64,000 nucleotides of DNA from Nemertoderma westbladi (Eukaryota > Animalia > Xenacoelomorpha). The first letter of the stretch is position 1; each line of letters starts with the position of its first letter. Shown here piece by piece: positions 36,305-49,123 of the stretch. Where the stretch lies: the NCBI GenBank assembly GCA_032718475.1, contig JAUCBJ010002811.1:1-64000 (forward strand), written 5' to 3'. The notes under the pieces are model-generated. The model worked only from the letters and a program-made list of their open reading frames with translations, was not told where the DNA came from and did not search any database. The position numbers and the translations under genes are program-made.

Positions 36305-39300
36305 ATGCACCCACAACGCCGAACCCATCGAGAACGGGCCATCCGGCGATCCGAGACGAGGGGGGCCGTCTACAGCGAGAGGACGAGACGGGAAGGAGAG
36401 AAAGACGAGTCGACGCGGAGCGAGGGTCGACGTACCGATGTCGCCGGCCAGCCACAGGCCGAGGGCGACGGACGACCCACCGGAACGGCGACGGTGGGGC
36501 CGCCGGTACGACGTCGGGCCCGGAGAGACGGAGGAGAGGTCGGCGACGAGGACGTCGGGGTTTCTGATCGACTTCGACGGGCCTACCTCGCGACCCGGAA
36601 GCAACTGAGAGAGGCCAGAGGAAGGGCGAAGATAGACAAGGTGAGATTGACAAGAGGACTAGGTGAGTCGAGCAGATACTTTGATTACCTAATGCGTTTT
36701 GGGCAGAGAGAACTAGCCGAGGAGAGGGCGAGGGGAGTTGCCAACGAACTGATTGAAGTATGGGAGTGTAGGGGTATGGAACCTAGCGTAGTGTACGTAG
36801 GGCCATACTTAGTCGATGCCCGGGGAGTAAAATTAGTGGGTTGGAAGAGACCTGAGGAGGGCGAATCCGAGGTTAAACCCGAGGATTCGGTCTCGTCGGT
36901 AGGAGGAAGTTCCGGGAGGCGGGGGAAAGTTGGTGGGACGGAGGGGCGACGGGAGTCCGTCGCAACCGATAAGTCTGCTACATCCTCCGCAAAAGAAAGA
37001 AGGGTGCGGGAGATAGGTCTGACGTGTGAATTAGAAACGGTGGCGAATGAGCAGAATGAGTTAGAGTGGCAATTGAGAGAGAAAACCGCATTGTTGGAGG
37101 GAGAAGAAGAGTGGGCGAGGGAGTGTAGAGAGGAAGCCGAGGGGTGTAGAGAGGGAGCCGAGGAGTGTAGAGAGGCAGCCGAGGAGTGTAGAGAGCGGGA
37201 GATGGGAGTAGAGAGCGAGTCGGCGAGGCGGTTGGAGATGACTGCGAGATGGTCAGAGTTGGAAGAACAGAATATGCGAGAGAGAGAGATAGAGAGTAAG
37301 CGCGTGCAGGATGATTTGCGTGCCCAGCTAGAGAGGCTTACACAATATCAAGCCAAACTGAATCAGCGCCGACTAGAACTGGCGCGGTTGGAACTATCAG
37401 AGAGTGAGACCCCACTTACAGACACCGGGCGAGAGAACCAGAACTGGTGTAGCCGTACGGGCGGGGGGGGGGGGGGGTAGTAGTAGTACGTTAGAGAAAG
37501 TTAATATTAATAGTACCGTAGTAGATAACCCTAATCCCTTTATTACAGGAAATAATATTTTACCGGGTAGTAGTAATTTAAATTTAAATCAAATAATAAC
37601 TTAATTCAATTCAAATAATCAAATAATTCGAATAATAATTTAAATTTTGAAAATAATCAATAATTCTAATTTAAATAATTTAAATCTCGTTTCAAATTCT
37701 AATAATTTAATTGATTTAACAAATAATATTGGGAATGGTGCTATTAATATGAGCGTGTCGGACGTACATAACCCGGCAGACGGCGGCCTGGTAGGCCACG
37801 TAGTTAGTAGGCAGGAAGTGGCAGGGTTGAGCCAACCCGACGGCGGCCTGGTAGGCCACGTAGTTGGTAGGCAGGAGGTAGCGGGGTTGAGCCAACCCGA
37901 GGTGGGCCTGGTAGGCCACGCAGTAGTAGAGAGAGAGGCGGGGGTGAATAGACCCGGCCGTAGTAGAGACAGTGCGTCGACTAGAGAGGGGTGTAGAGAC
38001 GAAGTAAGAGATAGTGAAGTTAGATGTGGCGAGTGGGGGGGGGGGGCTACCGGCGCCCCACCACATAAGATTAGTGGCGAGAGAGGGGGGGCAGAGAATG
38101 CCCCACAAGAGGGGTGTAGAAGTGTAGTAAGAGATAGTGAAGTTAGAAGTGGCGGGTGGGGGGGGGGCTACGGGCACCCCACCGCGAGAGATTAGTAGAG
38201 AGAGAGGGGGGGCAGAGAGTGTCCCACAGCCGTCAGCGGATAATGCGCGGGCCGAATCAGGTAAACCGCAACACCCGGCGACGGAGAGTAATAGGGGGAT
38301 TGCGAGTATCCCCAGCGGCGTGCGATCGAGCAGAGAGAGGCAGGTTGACGTCGCGAGAGGGCAGACGAAGCGTCGAGCCCGATCAGAAGAGGGAAGAAGA
38401 ACAGTGGAGTTTAACCGGGAGGTCGACGAGAGATCTCATGAGCCGGAATACTGCACTGAAAAGAGAAGAAGAGGAGATAGTAGAAAAGGTGTCGCCACGA
38501 ACGATAGGAGTGCGAGGACGGATAACGGACCGTCGATAGTAGAGATGGAGTCAGGGAGTCAGTGGGGTCGAACTTCGGGAGATTGCCGTCGCCCCGGAGA
38601 AACGCACCGCACGCCAAGAGAGGGGTACAGGACGTACCAATACAAAGTCGAGAACAGGAGAGGGGATCGAAGAGAAGCTTCCCGACGGGATATAGCTGCC
38701 GATCGAGAGTGCAGTAGTCGCGGGGAGATTCGAGATTCGCGAAGAATAAACTTCGGTTCGGAAGGGCACATGCAGACTGCAGGACATACTGTAGGCCTTA
38801 CTGCACATACTATTATAGGCCATGCTGGGAGAGATAGAGTAGGCGATGGGGTAGCGCGAACGACGGGATTAAACCCGGAAGTCGCGGAGTACATACCGGT
38901 AGGTAGGCGAGAGGTAGGTAGGCCTATATCGGTACAGCAGCATGACTATAATACACAGGGACATAACATATATCCAGGGGAGGGGGGAGTTATTGGAGAT
39001 AGACGTATGGGCCCCAATGTATTAACATCAACCCCAGTACCAAACATACCGGCCGGGGGGGGACAGGGTGACATTCCCCCATCACAATATCGACAATATA
39101 CCCCGATAGGAGCAAGAACATCGAACTCCCTGGACGAGAACAGGTCGTGCGGACAGTCACTACCACACGCGGCCGTACAGGGGACTGCTAGTCCACAGTT
39201 AGCTGGTAGCAGGGCCACACCGTGGCAGGGACAGAAAGAAAATAACACCAAAAATAAACACAATCCCAATATACCCAGTAGGCCGAGTCTAGACAACCAA

Positions 39301-39600
39301 AACATTAAATCGGTACATATAAACCTAAGCGCGATACGTGAAGGACTATACAGGAAACGCTATAATCCAGGATTCCAATGTCAATTACATCGGGACGGAA
39401 CCCATAAGACCAGGAGTTGCAAGTACTGGCAAGCGTTGCCCAAACGAGATCGTGTAGCCTACACAGACGCAAACGGACTATGTCATCGATGTGTGGTAAA
39501 AGGACACAGATCCGGAGAGTGTTGGAAAGGGAGAGGATGTGAAAGGACTAAACCAGGGGCAGAGAAGCCCATGAGCAAACATAAGGAGTCGGGAAAGTAG
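36305..39600 (+). pseudogene. Element D Gag-like protein, frame breaks at G-runs (about 37470, 38160) and near 37600
   Basis: VKPEDSVSSVG motif, coiled coil, Asn-rich tract, C-terminal CQLH..H....C and LCHRCVVKGH....C knuckles in BEL-like spacing. Confidence 0.7.
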
Positions 39601-39954
39601 AAGGAGGCGTGTTGCATACACACGCAGGACTGACACAGTGCGAGGGGGCATTACATGGGCAGACACCGCGTATACCGAGGGACGAGCGGGGGTCGTCGAG
39701 GGCTCTAATGCCAGCGCACATACGAAGGGGGAGGCCAGCAAAGGTGGCACCGAAGAGAGTGTGGCGAAGAGTTAGAGGACGTATAGGAGGGCAGCAGGAG
39801 AGTGCCTACTGGAAGAAGGGGCACCTGAGAGTTTTTAGTCGTCCAAAGTTTTGGACTGAGGGGGGTGGGAATGAGGGCGAGACGCCCTTCCCACGCACAA
39901 AATATAAAATAATTATTTAATTAAAATAAGAAAATAATTAAATAATAGAGTAGG

Positions 39955-41590
39955 TAGAAGTTAGGTAGTAAGAGTTAGTTAGTTAGTTAGTTAGTTAGAG
40001 GGTGGTACGTAGTACCGTTAGTTAGAGTTAGAGAGTTAGAGGGTACGTAAGTACCGCTAGTTAGTTAGAGAGTTAGAGGGTACGTAAGTACCGCTAGTTA
40101 GTTAGAGTTAGAGGGTACGTAAGTACCGCTAGTTAGTTAGAGAGTTAGAGGGTACGTAAGTACCGCTAGTTAGTTAGAGAGTTAGAGGGTACGTAAGTAC
40201 CGCTAGTTAGTTAGAGTTAGAGGGTACGTAAGTACCGATTAGAGAGTAAGAGTTAGAGGGTACGCAGTACCGTTAGAGAGTAGGAGTTAAGGGGTACGTA
40301 GTACCGTTAGAGAGTAAGAGTTAGAGGGTACGTAGTACCGTTAGTTAGTGGAGTTAGAGTAAGAGTTAGAGGGTACGCAGTACCGTTAGAGAGTAGGAGT
40401 TAAGGGGTACGTAGTACTGTTAGAGAGTTAGTAAGAGTAAGAGGGTACGTAGTACCGCTAGTTAGGGGTGTTAGTAGTAGCAGTAGAGGGTTGTGGGCAC
40501 CGTAAGCGCCACGTAGTTAGAGTTAGTAGGGAATGCGCTGAACTTAGTGGGGCACGGGCGTGATGACGTGTTTGATGTAAGAGCAGGGTATGTTAATTAG
40601 GGTGGGTGCCGGGCACAAGAGGTGCCGGGCACAAAAAGAGTTAGTAGTAGAGTTAGTTGAGTTAGTAGTAGAGTTAGTTGAGTTAGTAGAGAGTTAGTGG
40701 AGTTAGTAGAGTTAGTTGAGTTAGTAGAGAGTTAGTAGAGTTAGTAGAGTCAGTAGTAGTTCACATAATTAACGTACCCACTCTGCCGGCACTCAGAGCG
40801 TCACGTGTAGGCGATGAGACGTAAAGGGGGAGTAGAGGAGTAGAGACGGGCACATTGGGTGCCAGGTGGTAGAAGAGTAGAGAGGGCACATAGGGTGCCA
40901 GGTAGTAGAGTTAGAGTGTTAGAGGTAGTAGAGAGGGTACATAGGGTACCAGTGAGTAGAAGAGTAGAGACGGGCACGTAGGGTGCCAGGTAGTAAAGTT
41001 AGAGTGTTAGAGGTAGTAGAGAGGGCACATAGGGTGCCAGAGAGTAGAAGAGTAGAGACGGGCACGTAGGGTGCCAGGTAGTAGAGTTAGAGAGTTAGAG
41101 ATAGAGTAGAGTAGTAGAGAGGGCACATAGGGTGCCAGGTAGTAGAGTTAGAGAGGTAGTAGTGTAGTAGAGAGGGCACATAGGGTGCCAGGTAGTAGAG
41201 TTAGAGAGGTAGTAGTATAGTAGAGAGGGCACATAGGGTGCCAGGTAGTAGAGTAGAGCAGAGAGGGCACATAGGGTGCCATATAGTAGAGTGGTTGTGG
41301 GCACCGCAAGCGCCACGTAGTTAGAGGAGTGGAGTAGAGTTAGTAGAGCTAGTTAGTAGAGTTAGCAGAGCTAGTGGAGTAGAGTTAGCAGAGCTAGTGG
41401 AGTAGAGTTAGTAGAGCTAGTTAGAGTCAAGTAGAGTTAGTAGAAGTAGAAAGTTAGTAGGAGTTAGTTAGACTTAGTAGAGAGTTAGAGTCAGTAGAAA
41501 GTTAGAGGCTCTCAGTTAGAGCTAGAAGTAGTAAGAGTTAGTAGTTAGCAGAGTTAGTTAGATAGTTAGAGTTAGTAAGCAGTAGGTAGA
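39955..41590 (+). repeat. C-poor tandem repeat tract with arrays of short hairpins in element D
   Basis: About 13 GGTAC-G(T/C)A(A)-GTACC units and about 10 GGCAC-ATAGG-GTGCC units in GAGTTA/GTAGA spacers. Confidence 0.9.
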
Positions 41591-44187
41591 TAGTATGATA
41601 GCACAGGGGTAGCATTAGAGATTAAAGCCTTAGGGAGTGACAAGAGAGTGGAGAGGTGATAGTGCGGAGTGCGGAGATAGTGGTGTAAGTACTATAGTCA
41701 TACAACCTTTCTCAATTAGCTACTGGGACTGGGGGGCTAAGTGACTATGGCACTAGGGACAAGACGCCAGACGATTTCACATTTCCTGAGTGCGACGGCA
41801 CGGAGGGGGGGTGAGATTCGTCAGAAGGGATAAGGTAGTCAAGGAGGGATGGAGTAATAGTGCGGAGTGCGAAGAGAGCGTGGGCGCAATTCAAGTGTGG
41901 GGGAGGAGAAGTGAGAGGAAGAGTGTGGGACGAGGAGGTCCGGGAGTATGCGAGAGTTGGAGTAGAGTGGTGAGAGTGTTGGGGAAACAAAAATTGTGTG
42001 AGAGAAGCGCACGATCGGCCCGACACGAGACGCCAGAGGGTAGTGATATCATACCCATAGGGAGCGGCCTGGAAAGCCGGCTCCGAGAGAAAAGGATTCC
42101 ACCCCACACCCGATACTAGATCGGGATCCAGCGGGATTGTAGCGCACTTTTTTGGTTGATGCTATCTTCTTACCGGGAAGATAGCATGGGGGGGAGTGTT
42201 AGCTTATTCAATCCCGCTAACATCCCATAAAGTTATAAGCCGATAAGCAATATTGGGAGCCGCGAGATTGGGTGATAACCAACTCGTGCCATCCCAATAA
42301 GAGTGGGAAGGAAACACACAATAAAGGGTCAGGGGCCAAACCCCTAACCCAGAGAGAACAGATGGAGTGAACGGGAACACTCCACGGGGTGCCAACAAGG
42401 GTATCAACCAATCAGAGGGGGGCAAGGCATCGATTAGGTAGTAATTAGGCCAACCGTGCAATATAACCAGTAACCCAATATCAGTAATTCAGTTATCTCA
42501 GTGCAGTAGTGCTAGCATAGGTTAATTAGTTTAGATAGGGGAGCACGGGACTTTTAGTTACCGTATCCCGCCTTCCATATACTATACAATATATCTATAT
42601 CTTATACCTCTATTATTATACACCGAACTTCAGAACTCATTTTACTTTCATTCACTCTTTATACACGGCGGGGACGCGTGAACTAAATACCGGATAAATC
42701 GGGATCCCTCCTGGATCCCGTCACAGGTTACTTTACTTTACTTTATTACCGTTATTTAAGCAGTAGTCCAACTGATATTAAGACCTAATTGTTGTATGAC
42801 AGGCCTACTATTTTATAAATCGGTTTGAGTTGATTTATAATATATATATATATACCCTTTAATGGGTTTTTGTCAATATTTGAAATAAATGTTATTATTT
42901 CTGGGAAGGAGTCACTACACAGAAGCTGTACGCTCTCAGTGAAGTGCTACTTGTTGGACACTAAAATAAATAATTCTAATTTGCCTAAGTTACTTATTAC
43001 TACAACCTATGTACAATACGGGGTGAGATTACAATCTCTAAATAAACACAAAAATTACACGTACGAATTTTTAGGGTAATTTTACAAGAAGTCTACAAAC
43101 CAGCCTAACAAAGGGTTAGAATATCTGGTTATTACAAATGGACAGGATACTACGGTATTTGAAAATAACAAAGCAGTAGTAAATATACTGCGTTGTCCAG
43201 ATAGGAAAATACCACCGTCTGACGACTTATAGCCGTGGCGCTATAAGTACTACGTTATGTATCACGGAGTGTTCCTACCTAGAAGTTAATTACTGCGGTC
43301 TACCAGAACCAACGTGCCTATTAACCACTTTACAACACAAATATACTGGCTACACACTAATTACCGTCGGAAAGCACTGTACACTAAACCCTAAATTAGG
43401 TACAAGTACTTATACAACAAATAACTAGCAGTTAGAAATACTTGTACAGCCAAAAGAACCACGGTATCTGCCGGAGTGACCAAAGCATAAAATCTTCAGT
43501 CTTTACCTACGCCAAGCAGCCCTGATGTAGTACCGGGGTTAGTTTAACTATAACGGTATATATAACAAGCACAATTACTGTAGGAATAAACTTGGGGTAT
43601 GAATGTTGCGAATAATCGCATAAACTCTGAATAATAAATATTACGCTACGCGTACAGACTACTCAAACAAAATACAGACCAAACGCTGGCAAACTACTAT
43701 CAAGCCTAAACAAATTACAGTATATGCAGACTCCGAAATGGTTAGTTAGTATGCGTTCTAACCGAGTAGTACGACTTATTCTTTCAGGGGGATTTACCTC
43801 ACAGCACTGGAAGCCCCTACGTTCCTAACTAGTACTTTATTGGACATACACTCTACACACACCACAATCTCTTCAGACCTAACAACAGTCAGACAACAGT
43901 CCAGCCTACAGATTACCTGTACAATCTGAACAGGCTTACACGTCTTCTGCTCAATATTAACTTACAAATAAATAAAACTGACAGAAATAAGTAAACCATA
44001 CAAAGGAATAAGGGGTGATCAATCCCTAATCCCCTAACAGCCTACCTGTATACAATATCACAATCGAAATAATACTGCTGTACCTGTACTGCTGTAAGTA
44101 CCGGTTCGGGTGATTAGGTAGTTAGGCCTACTGGGTACCGGTTGACCGGTACTTCAGCTTTATTGCCTACGTTGCAATACAGAAGCA

Positions 44188-44198
44188 ATAACTGTTAC
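44188..44198 (-). promoter_or_regulatory. B primer-binding position, complementary to own LTR 44919..44929
   Basis: Sense GTAACAGTTAT vs ATAACTGTTAC, 11/11. Confidence 0.75.
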
Positions 44199-45366
44199 TG
44201 TTCGCGCTTTCAGACCTTTAGCAGTTTAACCTGCCAAATTTGGATGTCTTCTAGATTATAAATCGACTTTAGCCTATGACGAGTATTTGATACACTACAT
44301 TAGCCGAAGCCAGTCTATGCGCGACCATTCACCCGCTGGATATACCCGAGAGACTGGATTCAGAAGCCTTGACCGTATTGCGGTGTAGGCCTACTGTATT
44401 ATTCGACTGATCATTAATATATAATCTCTGACAAATATTATTCACTTTCGGGAAATATTAACAGTTCCTTTAGGACGTGGCGCTCTAAATATGTAAACAG
44501 AGTTATGACTTACACTAGACACAACGGGATGGCTATTGATTCACGTATAAAGCGCATTCTTTAGGAGATGCTTTGTTACTAGTCACAATCATGCATACTA
44601 CCGCACAATGCTGCACACCGATCTGCTGACCTTCACTAATTTTAGTCACATATAAAGAGAACAGCAACTGATACATGTAGGGCCTATGAAATAGCATTAA
44701 ATTCACTCCAATACCACTTTAATGTGAGTCGCAACTGTTATATGTAACCGGTCTCTTACCTTCAGTATATCAAGAAGATTGGGGTTTATGATTATTCATC
44801 GATTTTATCCACATATAATAATATTCCATCAACTGATATAATCAATAACAGACAGTAAATAGCAGTAAAAATGCGGTGTTTGTAGTTGACAATATGATTT
44901 GCATTGATAGGTACCACCGTAACAGTTATACGTTCCTATGATCAAGCCTACTAATGTTTGGCTAAAGCCTGAAAACACAGAAATTCCAAGCCGGTCTTCT
45001 GGCATTAGGAAAAAAGGTAAACATTAACCCATAATGCGATTTCCTGGAGGTTTCTGTACAAATAACAGGAGAATCGCTCTGATTGGTTGACCGAACAAAG
45101 AAACAACAGAGAACAAAGAAAGAGTTACACATGTACATATCAGCTGTTAGCTGTCGTCATAGTAACTACACTGTATCAAGAGGATTTTAGCGTATTGCGA
45201 CATAGAATTGCTAGTTATGTCCGCTAAAGTACACATACAGAAGAAATGGCTTTTTATGTCCACTAAAACACCGGTACAGTAAGGAAACGGCATTTGATGT
45301 CCGTTAAAACACCTACAAAGTACTTTGCGGGGAAAATAACCAGCTAATTCCGCAAAAGCTTTTACA
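44199..45366 (-). repeat. B 5' LTR
   Basis: Sense TGTAAAAGCTTTT...GAAAGCGCGAACA. Confidence 0.92.
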
Positions 45367-46430
45367 ACCACAACCTGCGCACCACAACCTGCAGTAGCCC
45401 TACCTGAGGCACCACAACCTGCAGTACCCCTACCTGCGGCACCACAACCTGTGGTACTTCAAACTGCGACACCTAAACCTGTGGCACACCAACCCGCGAT
45501 ACCTACACTTGCGGCATGGCACCACAACCTTTGGCACCTCAACCTACGACACCACCGCCAGTACCAGCCACCGTAACGCTTCCTCTAGGTTCAGTCCCAT
45601 GGATTAAATCTCCAGTACCACCTGGAAAACAACCCAAACGAAATGTCCAACAAAAGCGACACATGGTGGGTACACCACAGGTAGTTCCACCTGACTTTAA
45701 TGAAGAAATGGAAGCCATTTGGGTACAGATTTTTCCTAGCGTATCGGCCACAACTTCTGGAGTTCTGATGATAAAGACTGCACTAGAGCTATATCAGGAA
45801 CGGGGCTATAAAGAAATTCACGAAGCGCAGAGTTCGTCAAAGCAGTTGCCCTGTTTGTGGCCCGTTTCATTTGCGCATGCGAAAAATTGGCTGCTAAAGA
45901 TGCAAAGAGAAAGAAGTCTGCCGGCACAGAATGGTATAGTCAATATTGGTGCTGTCGACATCATCGAAACGATGAAATTGGCGTTGGTATTAGAATCTTC
46001 CAATGCATTCATTGGTCCTGCAATGGCGCCTCAAATAACAATTACTGGAGCTGATATTAACAAGAGATTGGAAACTGTAGTTGTCCAACCAGAAGTTAAA
46101 AATATTCGGAAAAGAAAGTTGGTGGTTGATCCAACTGCCGAACAGTTGGAAATTTTAGATTTAAGAAGACAACGGGCCGCTGCCAAATTACTACACCTTG
46201 GCCTTGAGGTAGACGAGCCAATAAGAGACAAAAAAAGATGCCCTATCTGCTACAAATACATTGCAAACTGTAATGAAACACCTGACGGTCTCATTTATAA
46301 ATATATTTCAAGGGGACATGACCCATCTGCCATTTGGTGTCCTTATAGCGATGTTAAATCGACTTTGGATCAATATAATGAGACTAAAAGGAACCGAATG
46401 ATTCTGCGTTGCCGTAAATACAAATTATAA
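45367..46430 (+). pseudogene. 3' half of interrupted ORF; Pro-rich then C-x2-C...H-x5-WCP finger, Dada-transposase C-terminus-like
   Basis: Resumes the PQPA repeats; RCPICYK...GHDPSAIWCPY; small indels at about 45379 and 45515. Family call is by motif and context only. Confidence 0.5.
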
Positions 46431-46792
46431 AAAAGAAAAAGTAAACTCTAACTATTAATACGTGTAACATGATTTCAATATTTACTATAATGTTTACAAT
46501 TTCTAATGAATGTACGTAATTTCCGTATTATATATTGCCTATATTATTTGTTCAATAAGTTAAATAGTTACTGTAAAATGTGCAATGCTCTCTATGTATA
46601 TAATTATTCTTATAATATCAATATTGATATTTCAATTTACAATAATGAATATGCAATTATTTCTAATGAAAATACATACGATGTACAAAAATACATAGCT
46701 TTGCGTTTTTCCTTCCTCTCTGTGTTTTTCCTCCCTCTCTGGTCATTTTTCCGCGTAATTCTTTTCCCCCCTTGTTTACAGTCTGTTTTGCC

Positions 46793-46865
46793 CCAGCCCT
46801 AGCTCAATCGGTAGAGCGTGGGAATCTTAATCCCAAGGTTGTGGGTTCGATCCCCGCGTTGGGCG
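46793..46865 (+). tRNA. tRNA-Lys(CTT), 5' acceptor strand disrupted (probable pseudogene or insertion target)
   Basis: TAGCTCAATCGGTAGAGC, stem TGGGA/TCCCA, anticodon CTT 46826-46828, GGTTCGATCCC, 3' GTTGGGCG, T-run after; positions 1-7 read CCAGCCC and cannot pair with GTTGGGC. Confidence 0.85.
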
Positions 46866-49123
46866 ATATTTCTTTTTGAGGATGATGCCTCAATCACACT
46901 AGTCTGGTACCGGTATTTCTGTATATCAGTCGTTTCTTTTTTACTGTACCTTGAATGTGAGTATATCTGTCGGCCGCATTGTCAATATTGACAATGTGAC
47001 TGTGCACTGTCTACTTTATACCGGTAAATGTTTTGTTTTGTGTGATTTTACATAATTATGTAACTTTGGTTCAATTGTCATCATAATTCGTAATCCAACT
47101 GATTGCCAAGCTCTGTTATACTGTACAGTAAGTCTTAATTGCTGTACTGAGTTAACTGGTTGAGTGAGGATTTTTTTATATAATTGCCACTCAAAATTGC
47201 TCAATATCGGAACTGAACGAGTCTATCTGTACTGATATTTTGTTCACCTATTAGTCTGAAAAATTTTCCGGAACCGTAATTTTCTATGTACGATTTATAC
47301 ATATATCTACATATGGTACTGTATATCAGTACAGCCCGGAAAGTCCATAACCATAACGCCACCGCTACAGCACAATGTCACCAGATCCACCCAAAGTCAC
47401 CGCCATATCCACCAAAGCCACGCCTTGTAGTATTATTACATGTAGTAGTATTATTATTTAATTTGGTTAATGGTTTAATTATATACATTATAGTAGATAA
47501 GTATATTATTATCAATAAGTTTTTTGATTAGACGCTATTTGAAAAGTGTAAATATCCGTACAAACATAATAAATTACAATATATTGTTTACTGAGGTATA
47601 TTTCAACTAATAAGATACAAACATTGTCTGACTATATATAATATAAGCATTGAATTACTTATATATCCTATTGTAAAAGTTTCAGCCTACGCTAATTTAC
47701 CCTAAATCTCGGCTGCCCTGCATGGCCTGTAATAAAGGACGCCTTGCCCCAAACTATGTATGTGTGATACCCGTCTGCCTAGTCCTTGTCCGCGGTTGTC
47801 TGTCAGTCGAGGCGGTCAGGGAATGCAGCTGGTGTTGTGTTTCGAGTCATTTTCAGGCTCGTAATACCTCCTTAGCATCGTGTAATAACATCGTGTACAC
47901 GTACTGATAATTTCACCTGACGAACACCTGAGATAGGCTAAACCATCACATACCGCAGCTATTTACACATACCGAAATGTTCCAAAAATTTGTGTATTTA
48001 TTGAATAAAAACATTCCTTGCATAGATGAGGAAGCATATTCATGTTTTTTCAAATGCCCATCTATCTCAGCTATTCTTCAACGAAATTCATATTTTCGTA
48101 CACACTGTATTTGAAATCCATACAACACTAAGTCTCCATATATTAGCCTACCAACCAATGTTTGAATACTAACTGCAGCGCGACTGCTACAGTACAATTG
48201 AAGGAGTCACTGTTTCAAATGTCATGCAATCTCATTACGATTTTAACAATTTTTATTTTTAAAGTTGCACCTCCCCAAGAGAAATGGGCACGCCCCTGTT
48301 TTCGTTTAAACTTGTATACTGTGAGTCCTTAAATTAGTGCTCGTAGTGTCTTTCACTTTAGGATGTGAAATTAGGACACACGTTGTGTGTCAATATTCGT
48401 GTTAATAGTTTTAAGTCCTACAGTATTTGACACATAAATCAAAAAATGAATATTTATCATCTACAGTATTTCACACAAATAAGAATACAAAACTAAACGC
48501 AAAACATAGATTTTAGCACTGCCATTCTGATTGGATAATACTGTAGGCATCTGATAGACTACAGTTTAACTGCCCACAAACGATTGGTTGTTAGATAGGG
48601 CATAAAAATCAAATCAAGTTTTGTTTTTGCGCGCGAAAAATAAAAACAAGTTTAATTTTTGCAAGTAAAATATAGTGGGAGACAGCGCAGTTTGGGCTAC
48701 AAGTCAGAAATACATAAACGCTTGTGATATCTTTAACTTAAATATTCAATTTTGACAACAGTATGGGTAATTTGACAATTTAATTCGATCTTCTGATTGG
48801 TTGACAAACAGCTGAAGAAATCTGATTGTTCAAGCAACCGGTTTTGGTTTTGTTCTCTAACAGTCTGAACTCCAAACTAACAGACTCACTGACTCAGACT
48901 GGAAATAGCGGTCTATTGCCTATAACAATTGACATACAAGTGTAGGCCTATTTACAGATTCAGTCAGTCAGAAGTTGGATTACTTTCAGTTTGCGTTTTT
49001 CGTACCGGTATCCTGTTTACCTGTTGTCTCTGTGCTTCTGTGTACCGGTATCGGAATAGGCTGACACCCGATGTCACCACTGACATACTGACATTGAAAC
49101 AGTGGGGTGTTACCAGTGTAAAA

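Larger units (their letters stand above)
35636..42725 (+). mobile_element. Gag-only non-autonomous LTR element D (BEL-like), recent
   Basis: 529-bp LTRs 35636..36164 and 42197..42725 with no differences noticed, TG..CA, TSD GGTTA, PPT GGGGGGGAG; no pol motifs. Confidence 0.92.
9336..45366 (-). mobile_element. BEL/Pao LTR retrotransposon B (non-autonomous) including all nested insertions
   Basis: TG...CA termini, 5-bp TSD ACCAC (9331-9335/45367-45371); 5' LTR 44199..45366; 3' LTR split into 26081..26924 and 9336..9516; PPT at 26925-26940. Confidence 0.9.

Noticed and set aside
39955-41590. CRISPR-like array
   Set aside because: Spacers are low-complexity and repeated, the context is eukaryotic, and there are no cas genes.
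9336-45366. Giant inverted repeat as assembly fold-back, or DIRS-like inverted terminal repeats
   Set aside because: Arms differ by many substitutions, different LTR U3 and different nested insertions; a 5-bp TSD is present and there is no tyrosine recombinase.
47330-47430. Minus-strand Gly/Tyr-rich exon (GFGGYGG)
   Set aside because: Too short and frame-broken to support.
47915-47950. Second hammerhead (CTGACGA)
   Set aside because: Lacks GAAA core and flanking stems.
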